From the NCBI GenBank assembly GCA_964348595.1, contig CAYGDS010000001.1, positions 1 to 28,015 on the forward strand: 28,015 bases of DNA. The letters run 5' to 3'. Of the stretch, positions 7,971 to 16,248 are shown one piece after another; position 1 is the first letter of the stretch; each line of letters begins with the position of its first letter. A program made the position numbers and the translations under genes. This DNA comes from an uncultured Gammaproteobacteria bacterium (GTDB taxonomy: Bacteria; Patescibacteriota; Patescibacteriia; 2-12-FULL-60-25). The notes beneath the pieces are model-generated. The model saw only the letters and a list, made by a program, of their open reading frames with translations, was not told the origin of the DNA and did not search any database.

Positions 7971-9784
7971 ATCATCGTTTTGATGGCCAACCGAAGCATC
8001 GCACTGGACCCTCGCTGGAAGGCAGGGTTCGGCTTGCTGCGGCCCTGATTGCCGTTCCAGTCCTCGTTCTCATTGGACGGCTCTTCCAGCTCCAGGTAAT
8101 CGATGGTCGAACGTATAAGGTCCTCGCTTCTGACCAACATGAAGTGCAAGCCTCGCTCATCCCCAAACGCGGATCGATACTCGTTCGCGATCGATGGGAT
8201 GGATCTCTACAGCCCCTCGTGAAAGATCGTGACGTCTGGCAAGTGTACGCCATCACGCGTGAGATGAAGGAGCCTGAGAAAACCGCAGAGGACGTCGCAC
8301 AGGTCTTGGGACTCGCTATCCCGGATCTTGTACAAACGTTTGCGAGTTCGAGTTACGCGGTCTTGTCGAAGGACGCGTCACAAGCAGCCGTTGATCTTAT
8401 CCGCGAAAAACGGATTCCCGGAATCGGCGTTGCGAAAGCGCAAACGCGTTTCTATCCGGAACAAGGCCTCGGCGGACATATTCTTGGGTTCGTAAATTTA
8501 GGGGATGATAATCGTCGTGTAGGCAGATACGGCATTGAAGGCAACTTTCAAGAAGAGCTCGCGGGTGCCTACGGAACGCTGTTGATCGAAAAGGATGCGG
8601 CGGGACGCCGCCTCACGATTGGTTCAATGGAACTCAATAATGCGAGAGATGGATCAGACATCGTTCTCACGATCGATCGTACGATTCAGTACGAAGCTTG
8701 TCGTCAGATCAAGCTCGCCGTTGACAGTTTTCAGGCCAAACGTGGATCCATTGTCGTGATGGATCCGAATACGGGCGCTATATGGGCCCTCTGTTCGTCT
8801 CCGGATTTTGAACCGGAAACCTATAATAAAATATCTGATATTTCCGTACTCAACAACCCGGTCATCTTTGATCAATACGAGCCCGGCTCCGTGTTCAAGC
8901 CAATAACCATCGCGGCGGGCCTTCATTCTCAAAAGATCAATCCTCGAACGACGTACACCGATGTTGGAGAGGAAGAGATCGATGATTTTACGATTCGCAA
9001 TTCGGACAAGCAGGCGCACGGCGTTCAAACCATGACGGATGTTCTGCAAAAGTCGCTCAACCTTGGCACGATTTTTGTCCAGCGCACGCTTGGGAAAGAT
9101 CTCTTTCGCGACTATGTCGAACAATTTGGCTTCGGCACATCCACCAAGATCGAACTTGGCCCTGAAGTCGCCGGGGATATCCGTCCACTTTCAAAAAAAG
9201 GGTCGGTGTTCGCGGCTACCGCATCATTCGGGCAGGGGATTGCCGTCACTCCCATCCAAATGATCGCGGCGTTCGGTGCGCTCGGGAACGGCGGCAAGTT
9301 GTATCAACCGTATATTATTGACGAAGTTCGACATTCTGACGGAACAGCGCAGCGGACCGTTCCACATCTCGTTCGTGAGCCGATTGACGCGCGCACCTCA
9401 CGCTTGGTTTCCGGCATGATGGTGACCGTGGTTGAACAGGGGCACGGCAAGCGCGCGGCGGTTCCCGGGTATTACGTGGCGGGCAAGACGGGTACGGCCC
9501 AGATCCCAAATCCCGATGGGCCTGGGTATCTCCCCGGAGTCACCATAGGTACCTTCGCCGGATATGCGCCTGCGAGCGACCCAGCATTCGTGATGCTTGT
9601 GAAAATCGATGAGCCGAAAACAGTCCAGTTTGCGGAAGCATCAGCCGCCCCCGTATTCGGGTCCATGGCGAAATTTCTCCTCTCCTATCTCCAGGTGAAG
9701 CCCGAACGTCCCATCCTCGACGAACCACTCAAGCCCGCCATCTCAAATGTTTCGACGCCAGTTGCGAGCAGTACGGCGCCCTAG
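7967..9784 (+). CDS. ftsI: Class B penicillin-binding protein (FtsI/PBP2 transpeptidase)
   Basis: N-terminal TM, KRGSILVRD, R.YP, YEPGSVFK (SxxK), KSLN (SxN) and GKTGTAQ (KTG). Confidence 0.9.
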   Translation: MNHRFDGQPKHRTGPSLEGRVRLAAALIAVPVLVLIGRLFQLQVIDGRTYKVLASDQHEVQASLIPKRGSILVRDRWDGSLQPLVKDRDVWQVYAITREMKEPEKTAEDVAQVLGLAIPDLVQTFASSSYAVLSKDASQAAVDLIREKRIPGIGVAKAQTRFYPEQGLGGHILGFVNLGDDNRRVGRYGIEGNFQEELAGAYGTLLIEKDAAGRRLTIGSMELNNARDGSDIVLTIDRTIQYEACRQIKLAVDSFQAKRGSIVVMDPNTGAIWALCSSPDFEPETYNKISDISVLNNPVIFDQYEPGSVFKPITIAAGLHSQKINPRTTYTDVGEEEIDDFTIRNSDKQAHGVQTMTDVLQKSLNLGTIFVQRTLGKDLFRDYVEQFGFGTSTKIELGPEVAGDIRPLSKKGSVFAATASFGQGIAVTPIQMIAAFGALGNGGKLYQPYIIDEVRHSDGTAQRTVPHLVREPIDARTSRLVSGMMVTVVEQGHGKRAAVPGYYVAGKTGTAQIPNPDGPGYLPGVTIGTFAGYAPASDPAFVMLVKIDEPKTVQFAEASAAPVFGSMAKFLLSYLQVKPERPILDEPLKPAISNVSTPVASSTAP

Positions 9785-9841
9785 AGGAGCCGGAAGGCAC
9801 GCATTTACAGTCAGCCGCTAGCGTGTTTTGATGAGAGTCCT

Positions 9842-11203
9842 ATGACTTCCACGGAACGCTGGCTTGGGAATGCTGCGCGAGCGGTTATTGCACGCGAGCG
9901 CCCATTCATTGTTGCGATCACCGGCGCCGTGGGGAAATCCACGACAAAGCAAGCGGTGGCCGCCGTTCTTCGGGCTTCAGATCGCCCGCGAAACGAGATC
10001 CGTGTCTCTGCGAAGAACTATAATAACGAACTGGGCGTTCCATTAACCGTGTTTGATGCAGAGGCCCCGGGACGTTCGATCCCATCATGGCTTCGGTTGA
10101 TCGTGAAGGCCTGCCTTGCGAAATTTGGGTTACGGCGCGTGTGTCCGAAGACGCTCGTCCTCGAGATGGGCGCGGATAAGCCGGGGGATATCGCGTATCT
10201 TACGTCGATCGCGACGCCGGATATCGCGATCGTAACCGCCGTTACACCTGAAGGATCCGACATTGCGCCAGTGCACACGGGGAATTATGCGTCGATCGAT
10301 GCCGTGGTCGCAGAAAAGGGTTCTCTCGTGAAGGCTGTGCGCACGGGAGGGACGGTCATCGTGAACGCGGACGACAAGCGGACCTTTGCCATGCGACATT
10401 CCACGGCCGAGCATGTCCTCACGTTCGGCGAGGCGGATGGCGCGGATGTGCGTATCAAGCAGACGTCCATTCGATTGGAGGTGACCGAACACGGGAAAGT
10501 CCCGGTCGGGCTCGATATCGAACTTGAAACGTACCAGCGCGCGTTCCGTTTCTTCGTCCCTGGTGTGTTCGGGCGTCCCATTGCGTATGCGCTTGCGGCT
10601 GGCGCCGCAGTCGGCCTTGCCCTCGACGTGTCAGATGAGCAAATCCAAGACGCGGTCTCCGCACTCGAAATTTTGCCTGGCCGCACGCGCATTCTTCCGG
10701 GGATTAAGCATACGACGATCCTCGACGATTCGTATAACGCCTCGCCCGCAGCGGTGCTCTCTGCCGTACGCGATCTGATGAGCATGCCGCTTGCGCCGGG
10801 CCAAAGACGTGCCGCGGCCATCGGAGAGATGCGAGAGCTTGGGCCGGATGCTGCGACATTGCACCGCATGGTCGGATCCGAGGCGGCCAAAGCGGGGATT
10901 GACCTTCTCGTGTGCTGTGGTATCTTTGCCGGCGCCATGGCGGAAGGCGCACGTGCCAATGGGATGACTCCGGAAGCTGTGCAGGTCGTGCACGACGCAC
11001 CAGAAGCCGGTCTGTTTCTTCAGAAATGGATCAAGCCAGGAGACGTCGTTCTCGTGAAAGGCTCAGAAGGACCACTGCCATCGAGTCCGAATTTCCGTAC
11101 GACTACCGGAGTTCGGATGGAGCGCGTCGCCAAAGAATTGATGGCCGAGCCTTTACGCGCGTCAGAGCTCCTCCCGCGACAGTTGGAACGTTGGTTAGAA
11201 TAA
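9842..11203 (+). CDS. murF: UDP-MurNAc-tripeptide--D-Ala-D-Ala ligase (N-terminal domain short or absent)
   Basis: ITGAVGKSTTK, NYNNELGVPL, LVLEMGADKPGDI, DDSYNASP, GEMRELG and VLVKGS. Confidence 0.9.
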   Translation: MTSTERWLGNAARAVIARERPFIVAITGAVGKSTTKQAVAAVLRASDRPRNEIRVSAKNYNNELGVPLTVFDAEAPGRSIPSWLRLIVKACLAKFGLRRVCPKTLVLEMGADKPGDIAYLTSIATPDIAIVTAVTPEGSDIAPVHTGNYASIDAVVAEKGSLVKAVRTGGTVIVNADDKRTFAMRHSTAEHVLTFGEADGADVRIKQTSIRLEVTEHGKVPVGLDIELETYQRAFRFFVPGVFGRPIAYALAAGAAVGLALDVSDEQIQDAVSALEILPGRTRILPGIKHTTILDDSYNASPAAVLSAVRDLMSMPLAPGQRRAAAIGEMRELGPDAATLHRMVGSEAAKAGIDLLVCCGIFAGAMAEGARANGMTPEAVQVVHDAPEAGLFLQKWIKPGDVVLVKGSEGPLPSSPNFRTTTGVRMERVAKELMAEPLRASELLPRQLERWLE

Positions 11204-11213
11204 TAGAAGACGA

Positions 11214-11288
11214 GGCCCGTTCGTCTAAGGGCTAGGACATCACCCTCTCACGGTGAGAATGGGGGTTCGAATCCCCCACGGGTCACCA
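11214..11288 (+). tRNA. tRNA-Glu (anticodon CTC), CCA encoded
   Basis: Acceptor GGCCCGT/ACGGGTC, anticodon arm TCACC-CTCTCAC-GGTGA, T-arm GGGGG-TTCGAAT-CCCCC, ending ACCA. Confidence 0.97.
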
Positions 11289-11303
11289 TCGAGCTCAGCT
11301 CGA
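11289..11303. repeat. 15-bp palindrome TCGAGCT-C-AGCTCGA (copy 1 of 3)
   Basis: Perfect 7-1-7 inverted repeat starting directly after the tRNA CCA. Confidence 0.85.
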
Positions 11304-11304
11304 A

Positions 11305-11342
11305 CACGAAAAAAATCGCGCCACGACGCGATTTTTTTCGTG
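11305..11342. terminator. Strong intrinsic terminator after tRNA-Glu (potentially bidirectional)
   Basis: Perfect 16-bp stem CACGAAAAAAATCGCG / CGCGATTTTTTTCGTG with loop CCACGA. The A7 and T7 tracts lie within the arms. Confidence 0.88.
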
Positions 11343-11344
11343 TG

Positions 11345-11353
11345 TGGTATCAT
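11345..11353 (+). promoter_or_regulatory. Extended -10 element for the sensor kinase
   Basis: TG-G-TATCAT ending 20 nt upstream of ATG 11374. Confidence 0.5.
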
Positions 11354-11373
11354 GAGAGAGAAGGGACGCACGT

Positions 11374-14058
11374 ATGCAACTTAGTCGGGTTCGATTATCA
11401 ACCCAATTTTTGCTCGGCATTATAGCCGTGATGCTATTGACGACGGGAGCTTACATCGTCTTGCGTGGCAGGGATCTTGTGCGAGAAGCGAGGGCGCGAA
11501 CGGAAGAACGAGATCTCACCTATGCCCGGACACTCGCTCGTAGTATCGAGATTCACCTTGGGCACGACATCGCGGTCGTTGAGACCCTCGCGGGATCCGT
11601 GAGATCGGTCCCGTACACGACCGCGGTTCTGACACCGTACGTGGAAAACGCAGCTCTCAAGAATCCCGATTTCGCCGGTTTGGGCTTTTCAGATCTCAAT
11701 AATAAGATCATTGCCACGCTCTTACCCGATGAGACGGTAGAAGAAAAACGTCGTCCACTTGGCCTCGATATAGGCGCGCGTGCCTACGTACAGGAGGCGC
11801 TTGCAAAAAAACAAACAGCAGTATCTGACGGGCTTGTATCTCTCGTGACGGGCGAGCCGACGATTGCGGTCGCGGTGCCGGTTTTTGATGAACAGGAGAA
11901 GTTTCATGGCCTGGCCATAGGTGCAGTGAAATTGGAGGCCCTGAAGAAAATAAGTGAGGCCGTGCTCGGAAGTGAAAGCGCCCTCCCTGTTGTTATTGAT
12001 CCAAAGGGTCAGGTGGTCCTGCACAAAAATGAAACCTACGTTCGTCAGCAAAGAATCATTATAGACCTTGCACCTGCGAAACGTGTCTTAGCCGGGGAGG
12101 AAGGATTTATCGAATCCTTCACGGATATAGATGGCGTAGAGCGAAGCGCGGCGTTTGCACCCATCTTTGGACTGGGTTGGGGGGTCTGGGTCGCTCAAGA
12201 CTCGGCGCTGGCCAACCAAGTTACGTGGGAGCTGTTTCTCGCGAGCACCCTTTGGGCTCTCGCATCACTTGTCGGAATCCTCGCGATCTTTCTTCTTGTC
12301 GCACGGCATTTATTTCAGCCACTTTCTCAGCTCACCAAGGGGCTCTCCGAGGTCGTTGAGCATTACGATCTGGATGGTCGATTGGAAGTGAAAGGATTTT
12401 GGCCATCGTATGAAGTCGCGGTATTGGCGGAAACTTATAAAAATATTCTTGAGAAAATTCGTAAATCTATACGCACGATTCAGTTGATTAGCCAGGGAAA
12501 CCGCAGCCTCGTGTATAGCGAAAATGAGCAGGCGCTTCTTTCAGAAATCTGTACGTTGTTTGTTGAGGTTGGAGAGTATAAAGCAGCCTGGTTTGGATAC
12601 GTCGACGTATCCTCACGGAACAAACGTATTAAGCCTGTCGCGACCGCGGGGGTCACGCTTTCAGAACTCGAGAGTAGTTCCCTCGTGAAATTTGGTGGCC
12701 TCTTTGAGCGAACTCCCATGGCGATCGCAATACGCACGGGCAAATCCTCGGCCGTGCGTCATTTGTTAAGTCGCTCCGTCCCTCGATCGCTTCGCGAGGA
12801 TGCGGAACGTCTTGGCTTCGGATCCGTCATCGTATTTCCCGTTCTGGTACATCACGAAATGATCGGGTTGTTTGTGATTCACGCGGCGGAGGATGATGGG
12901 TTCAGCGGTACGGAAACCGAGCTGCTTCAACAACTTGTGGATGATGTGTCGTTTGGTGTGTCGAGTGCTCGTACACGAATCGACAAAGAGTTAGCGGAGC
13001 AAAAATACGAAGATCTTGTTCAAAAAGCACCAGATATTATTTTTTCCGTAACTCCCGAGGGGATCACGACAAGCCTGAACCCGGCGTTCCATGTCCTCAC
13101 GGGATGGGATATGCAAGAGTGGCTAGGAAAGCCATTCGGTGAACTCATCCATCCGGTGGACTTGACGAGTGTACAAACGCATTTACAGGAAGCACTACAA
13201 ACGCGTGTCTCTAAACCGTTTACTTTCAGGCTTCGCGCGAAGAACGGATCCTATATAAACGTAGAGTCCACTATGGTTCCGCGTATACACGGCGGAAACG
13301 TCGTTGATCTATTTGGTATTGCACGCGACGTTACAGAAAAGATGTCGCAAGCGGCGAAGAGAGGTGCATTGGAAAAATTACGCGAGCGTTTTATCCAAGT
13401 CGTCTCTCATCAGCTTCGTACTCCACTCACCTCAATCCGTTGGAACCTCGAAGCGCTCTTAACGGGTAAGATCGGCAAGCTTACTGAGGAGCAGCAGCAA
13501 TTCATTCGACTCACTTTCGATGCCGAACTCGAGGTTATCAAGCGTTTGCGTGATATCCTTCTTGTGTCGGATATTGAACAGGGACGACTTGGATTTTCGA
13601 CGGAACGAACTAAGCTCGGGCCCATGGTTCAAGCTTCATTTGAGGCATTGCGCGAGCTGTGCGCCGTACGAAATCAACACTGTGTACTTAAGATGGACAA
13701 AGCGCTGCCCGAGCTCACCATTGATGCAGATAAGGTGCGCGACTCCATTGATAAATTGCTTGAAAATGCGGCTGTATATACCCCAGAGGGAGGCCGGATT
13801 CAGGTCACAGTGAAACGTAACGTTGACTCGATACGATTCGAAGTCGTTGATACGGGCATCGGCATCCCTGCAGAACAACAATCGAATATCTTTGAGCGAT
13901 TCTATCGAGCTTCAAATGCGTTGCGTATGCACCCAGAGTCAACGGGGCTCGGACTCGGCATCGTCAAGTATTATATTGAGCAACAAGGTGGTACCGTTGG
14001 ATTTACGAGCATCGAAAACCAAGGAAGTACCTTCTGGTTCGAGCTCCCCATTAAGTAA
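11374..14058 (+). CDS. Membrane sensor histidine kinase (TM-Cache-TM-HAMP-GAF-PAS-HisKA-HATPase)
   Basis: Two TM helices flank a Cache-like region (VSLVTGEPTIAVAVPV). Then HAMP-like PLSQL, GAF-like segment, PAS (SLNPAF..LTGW...EWLGK), H-box SHQLRTPL, LLENA, DTGIGIP, IFERFYR and GLGL. Confidence 0.93.
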   Translation: MQLSRVRLSTQFLLGIIAVMLLTTGAYIVLRGRDLVREARARTEERDLTYARTLARSIEIHLGHDIAVVETLAGSVRSVPYTTAVLTPYVENAALKNPDFAGLGFSDLNNKIIATLLPDETVEEKRRPLGLDIGARAYVQEALAKKQTAVSDGLVSLVTGEPTIAVAVPVFDEQEKFHGLAIGAVKLEALKKISEAVLGSESALPVVIDPKGQVVLHKNETYVRQQRIIIDLAPAKRVLAGEEGFIESFTDIDGVERSAAFAPIFGLGWGVWVAQDSALANQVTWELFLASTLWALASLVGILAIFLLVARHLFQPLSQLTKGLSEVVEHYDLDGRLEVKGFWPSYEVAVLAETYKNILEKIRKSIRTIQLISQGNRSLVYSENEQALLSEICTLFVEVGEYKAAWFGYVDVSSRNKRIKPVATAGVTLSELESSSLVKFGGLFERTPMAIAIRTGKSSAVRHLLSRSVPRSLREDAERLGFGSVIVFPVLVHHEMIGLFVIHAAEDDGFSGTETELLQQLVDDVSFGVSSARTRIDKELAEQKYEDLVQKAPDIIFSVTPEGITTSLNPAFHVLTGWDMQEWLGKPFGELIHPVDLTSVQTHLQEALQTRVSKPFTFRLRAKNGSYINVESTMVPRIHGGNVVDLFGIARDVTEKMSQAAKRGALEKLRERFIQVVSHQLRTPLTSIRWNLEALLTGKIGKLTEEQQQFIRLTFDAELEVIKRLRDILLVSDIEQGRLGFSTERTKLGPMVQASFEALRELCAVRNQHCVLKMDKALPELTIDADKVRDSIDKLLENAAVYTPEGGRIQVTVKRNVDSIRFEVVDTGIGIPAEQQSNIFERFYRASNALRMHPESTGLGLGIVKYYIEQQGGTVGFTSIENQGSTFWFELPIK

Positions 14059-14082
14059 TTCTCCGAACCAGTACATAGGTTT

Positions 14083-14559
14083 ATGACACCAGAGCACCAG
14101 CATCACCTCCTCATTATCGAAGACGACCAGGGTCTTGCGAACTCGATGAAGATCTTGTTTTCTCGTTCGGGATTTACGGTCGACACGGCAAGCAACGCGT
14201 CCGAGTCTCGAATGCGGATTGATGAGCACCGGCCCTGTTTCATTTTTTTAGACATTTTATTACCAGGGGAGTCCGGTCTCGAGTTTCTCGAAGAACTTCG
14301 TCGTGACAAGTCGTTTAAGAACACGCCCATCTTTGTGTTAACGCAATTTCATGATGAAGCGTACCAGCAAGAGGCAAAAAGGCTTAATGTGACAGCGTAC
14401 TTTGTAAAGGCCGAGCACAGCCTGAAGGATATTATGGATCAAGTAATGAAGGCGCTTGAGAAATGTAGACGTGGGGACTGCGGGCCGTGGGAGGGTCATC
14501 AAGAGTCCGTTGCGACAGAGGAGCAGTCAATTAAAAAGAAAAAGCCCCGTTCTACGTAA
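14083..14559 (+). CDS. Stand-alone response regulator receiver with a short C-terminal tail
   Basis: IEDD, LDILLPG, LTQF and YFVK. Directly downstream of the kinase. Confidence 0.92.
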   Translation: MTPEHQHHLLIIEDDQGLANSMKILFSRSGFTVDTASNASESRMRIDEHRPCFIFLDILLPGESGLEFLEELRRDKSFKNTPIFVLTQFHDEAYQQEAKRLNVTAYFVKAEHSLKDIMDQVMKALEKCRRGDCGPWEGHQESVATEEQSIKKKKPRST

Positions 14560-14565
14560 CGAGGC
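14533..14565 (-). terminator. Intrinsic terminator for the minus-strand STAS-like pair
   Basis: The minus strand reads GCCTCGTT-ACGTAG-AACGGGGC followed by TTTTTCTTTTT. It overlaps the 3' end of the convergent receiver gene. Confidence 0.7.
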
Positions 14566-14573
14566 TGTCAGTG

Positions 14574-14975
14574 TTAGATCAGCAGCTTTTGAAGCTCGAG
14601 GGCATCCGTGATGGCATCTGCCTGCGTGGCGGCGAAGCGAAAGGTCACACCGTGCTTGAGACAGATGGTGGAGAGCGTCGTGCGGTGCATCTGAGACAGA
14701 ATGACCGCAACGACACCGGCCCCATGGTGCTTCTTGATCTCGATCGCGAGCTCAGTCAGGGGCGTACGCAGGCTTGCCCTGAGCTGTGCCTGCGAGATGT
14801 CGAGCACCCACGGGGACCGATGCGCGGCGATGTGTGGGAGTGCATGCTTCGCGGACGAGAGGAGCGCCGCGTCATCGATGACTCCCTCGAGCACGGTGAG
14901 TACACAGCCGTTCGGCAGGAGTCGTGTGGAGGGCTCGACGTATGGGACTGTTCCTCTACGTTTCCGCTCCATCAC
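14574..14975 (-). CDS. Hypothetical protein, STAS/SpoIIAA-like fold suspected
   Basis: SD GGAGGAG precedes GTG/ATG and the start overlaps the upstream stop. Alpha/beta pattern VLTVLEGVID...WVLDISQA...VVAVI...FRFAATQADAI. Confidence 0.7.
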   Translation of the reverse strand: MMERKRRGTVPYVEPSTRLLPNGCVLTVLEGVIDDAALLSSAKHALPHIAAHRSPWVLDISQAQLRASLRTPLTELAIEIKKHHGAGVVAVILSQMHRTTLSTICLKHGVTFRFAATQADAITDALELQKLLI

Positions 14976-15421
14976 CCCGTCTCCTCCCCGACGTGCACGG
15001 CGAGTTGCGCCATAGCTTCGTCGATTGTCTGGACCATCACGAACCTCGGGATGCCAGATGAAGACGACGAGATGCTGATAGAAGCGATGTGCATGCGGAT
15101 GACATCATGGGCGCAGACGATGATGACACGATGCCCGCCCCTCGCCCTGAAGTCTCGCATGATGTCGAGCAGAGGCTCCTTGATCGAAACGTCGATCTTT
15201 TCGAGCTGAGTCATGACGAGCACCCAGTCGCCGGGTGCACTCTCGAGCTCGCACATGACTTGGTAGCGCATGCGCGTCACCAGCGAGTCATTGGCGCACC
15301 CCGTCAACACGCTCACGATGAGATCGGTCGAACGACGTTCCGTCTCGACGGTGAAGGCGGCGCCAACACCAGCTTGGCTTCCTACTGCCGGCAGATTCCT
15401 ACTCCGTCTCTTTGTGGTCAC
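14972..15421 (-). CDS. Hypothetical protein, STAS/SpoIIAA-like fold suspected
   Basis: SD AAGGAG before GTG. Pattern WVLVMTQLEKID...RVIIV...FVMVQTIDEAMAQL. It has its own consensus promoter. Confidence 0.72.
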   Translation of the reverse strand: MTTKRRSRNLPAVGSQAGVGAAFTVETERRSTDLIVSVLTGCANDSLVTRMRYQVMCELESAPGDWVLVMTQLEKIDVSIKEPLLDIMRDFRARGGHRVIIVCAHDVIRMHIASISISSSSSGIPRFVMVQTIDEAMAQLAVHVGEETG

Positions 15422-15443
15422 GGACTCTCCTTGCGCGTGTGCG

Positions 15444-15458
15444 TCGAGCTGAGCTCGA
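15444..15458. repeat. 15-bp palindrome TCGAGCT-G-AGCTCGA (copy 2 of 3)
   Basis: Perfect 7-1-7 inverted repeat in the 5' leader of the STAS-like pair. Confidence 0.85.
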
Positions 15459-15480
15459 TGCGCATGAAAGGTGCGTTCGG

Positions 15481-15508
15481 ATTATACAAAAAAGCCCGTT
15501 TTTGTCAA
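15481..15508 (-). promoter_or_regulatory. Consensus sigma70 promoter for the STAS-like pair
   Basis: Minus strand: TTGACA (15508-15503), 16 nt, TATAAT (15486-15481). Confidence 0.8.
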
Positions 15509-15512
15509 CGGG
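15488..15512 (-). terminator. Probable rnhB terminator overlapping the downstream promoter
   Basis: Minus strand: CCCGTT-GACAAA-AACGGG-C-TTTTTT. Confidence 0.6.
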
Positions 15513-16128
15513 TCATGAATTCCTTGATTGGAGCGTAGCTTTTGCGATGGATAGCACAAGGCCCAAGCTTCCTTAGTGCTTTTTGGTGGAACGCGGTTCC
15601 ATAGCCCTTATGATCGGCAAAGCCATAACCAGGGAATCGGATCTCGAGCCGTCCCATCTCTTCATCGCGATGCACTTTGGCGATCACGGAAGCGGCGGCT
15701 ATCGATTTCACGAGGCGATCGCCACGGATCACGCGATGGCAGGGGATATCCAGCCCAGGGATATTGAATCCATCGGCAAGGACGGCGTGTGGTCGTACCG
15801 TGAGGCCGTTGATAGCACGTCTCGTAGCAAGAAATGTCGCCTGTCGGATGTTCAAACGATCGACTTCTTCATGCGTAGCGATGCCAACCGCCCACGCGAC
15901 GGCTTTTGCTTTGATCGATTCGATGACGCGTTCTCGTTGCATGAGTGTCAGGCTTTTGGAGTCGCGAATGAGTTTGATGCGCGAATTTAGTGGGATGATC
16001 ACGGCGGCTGCGTACACAGGGCCGGCCCATGCGCCGCATCCGGCTTCGTCGACGCCGGCGACGAGCTCGAGGCCCTGGCCGATGAATTCGCGTTCATAAG
16101 CGAAGGTGGGGATGGGGATGGCGACCAT
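15505..16128 (-). CDS. rnhB: Ribonuclease HII
   Basis: AGVDEAGCGAWAGP, IRDSK, LADG, GD...SIAAASVIAKV.RD, YGFADHKGYGT and IHRKSY. Confidence 0.96.
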   Translation of the reverse strand: MVAIPIPTFAYEREFIGQGLELVAGVDEAGCGAWAGPVYAAAVIIPLNSRIKLIRDSKSLTLMQRERVIESIKAKAVAWAVGIATHEEVDRLNIRQATFLATRRAINGLTVRPHAVLADGFNIPGLDIPCHRVIRGDRLVKSIAAASVIAKVHRDEEMGRLEIRFPGYGFADHKGYGTAFHQKALRKLGPCAIHRKSYAPIKEFMTR

Positions 16129-16200
16129 AACGCGTAACGCATAGCGTGGAGCGCCAAACGCAAAACGTCAAACGGTTTGACTTCGAGCGTTACGCGTTAT
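16126..16200. repeat. Degenerate heptamer array with nested inverted repeats (rnhB/ruvX divergent region)
   Basis: CATAACG CGTAACG CATAGCG TGGAGCG CCAAACG CAAAACG TCAAACG. Perfect 14-bp inverted repeat 16127-16140/16187-16200 and inner palindrome GTCAAAC-G-GTTTGAC (16167-16181). Confidence 0.85.
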
Positions 16201-16246
16201 TTACCCGCCTCGTTGCATGAAATGCTTCGGGCGGGCACGATATGCC
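16187..16246 (+). repeat. 60-bp structured upstream element, copy A (before ruvX)
   Basis: 56/60 identical to 19342-19401. Hairpin CCCGCC-T-CG-TT-GCAT-GAA-ATGC-TT-CG-GGCGGG. Confidence 0.92.
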
Positions 16247-16248
16247 AT

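Noticed and set aside
14571-15209. 212-aa plus-strand ORF over the STAS-like pair
   Set aside because: The minus-strand genes have the promoter, SDs, coupling and terminator. This ORF has none.
11270-15500. Integrative element or prophage at tRNA-Glu
   Set aside because: No integrase, transposase or phage gene, and no second copy of the tRNA 3' end (attR) found in the window.
16204-16235. Hairpin of the 60-bp element as an intrinsic terminator
   Set aside because: No U-tract follows on either strand (CACGAT on plus, TAAATAAC on minus).
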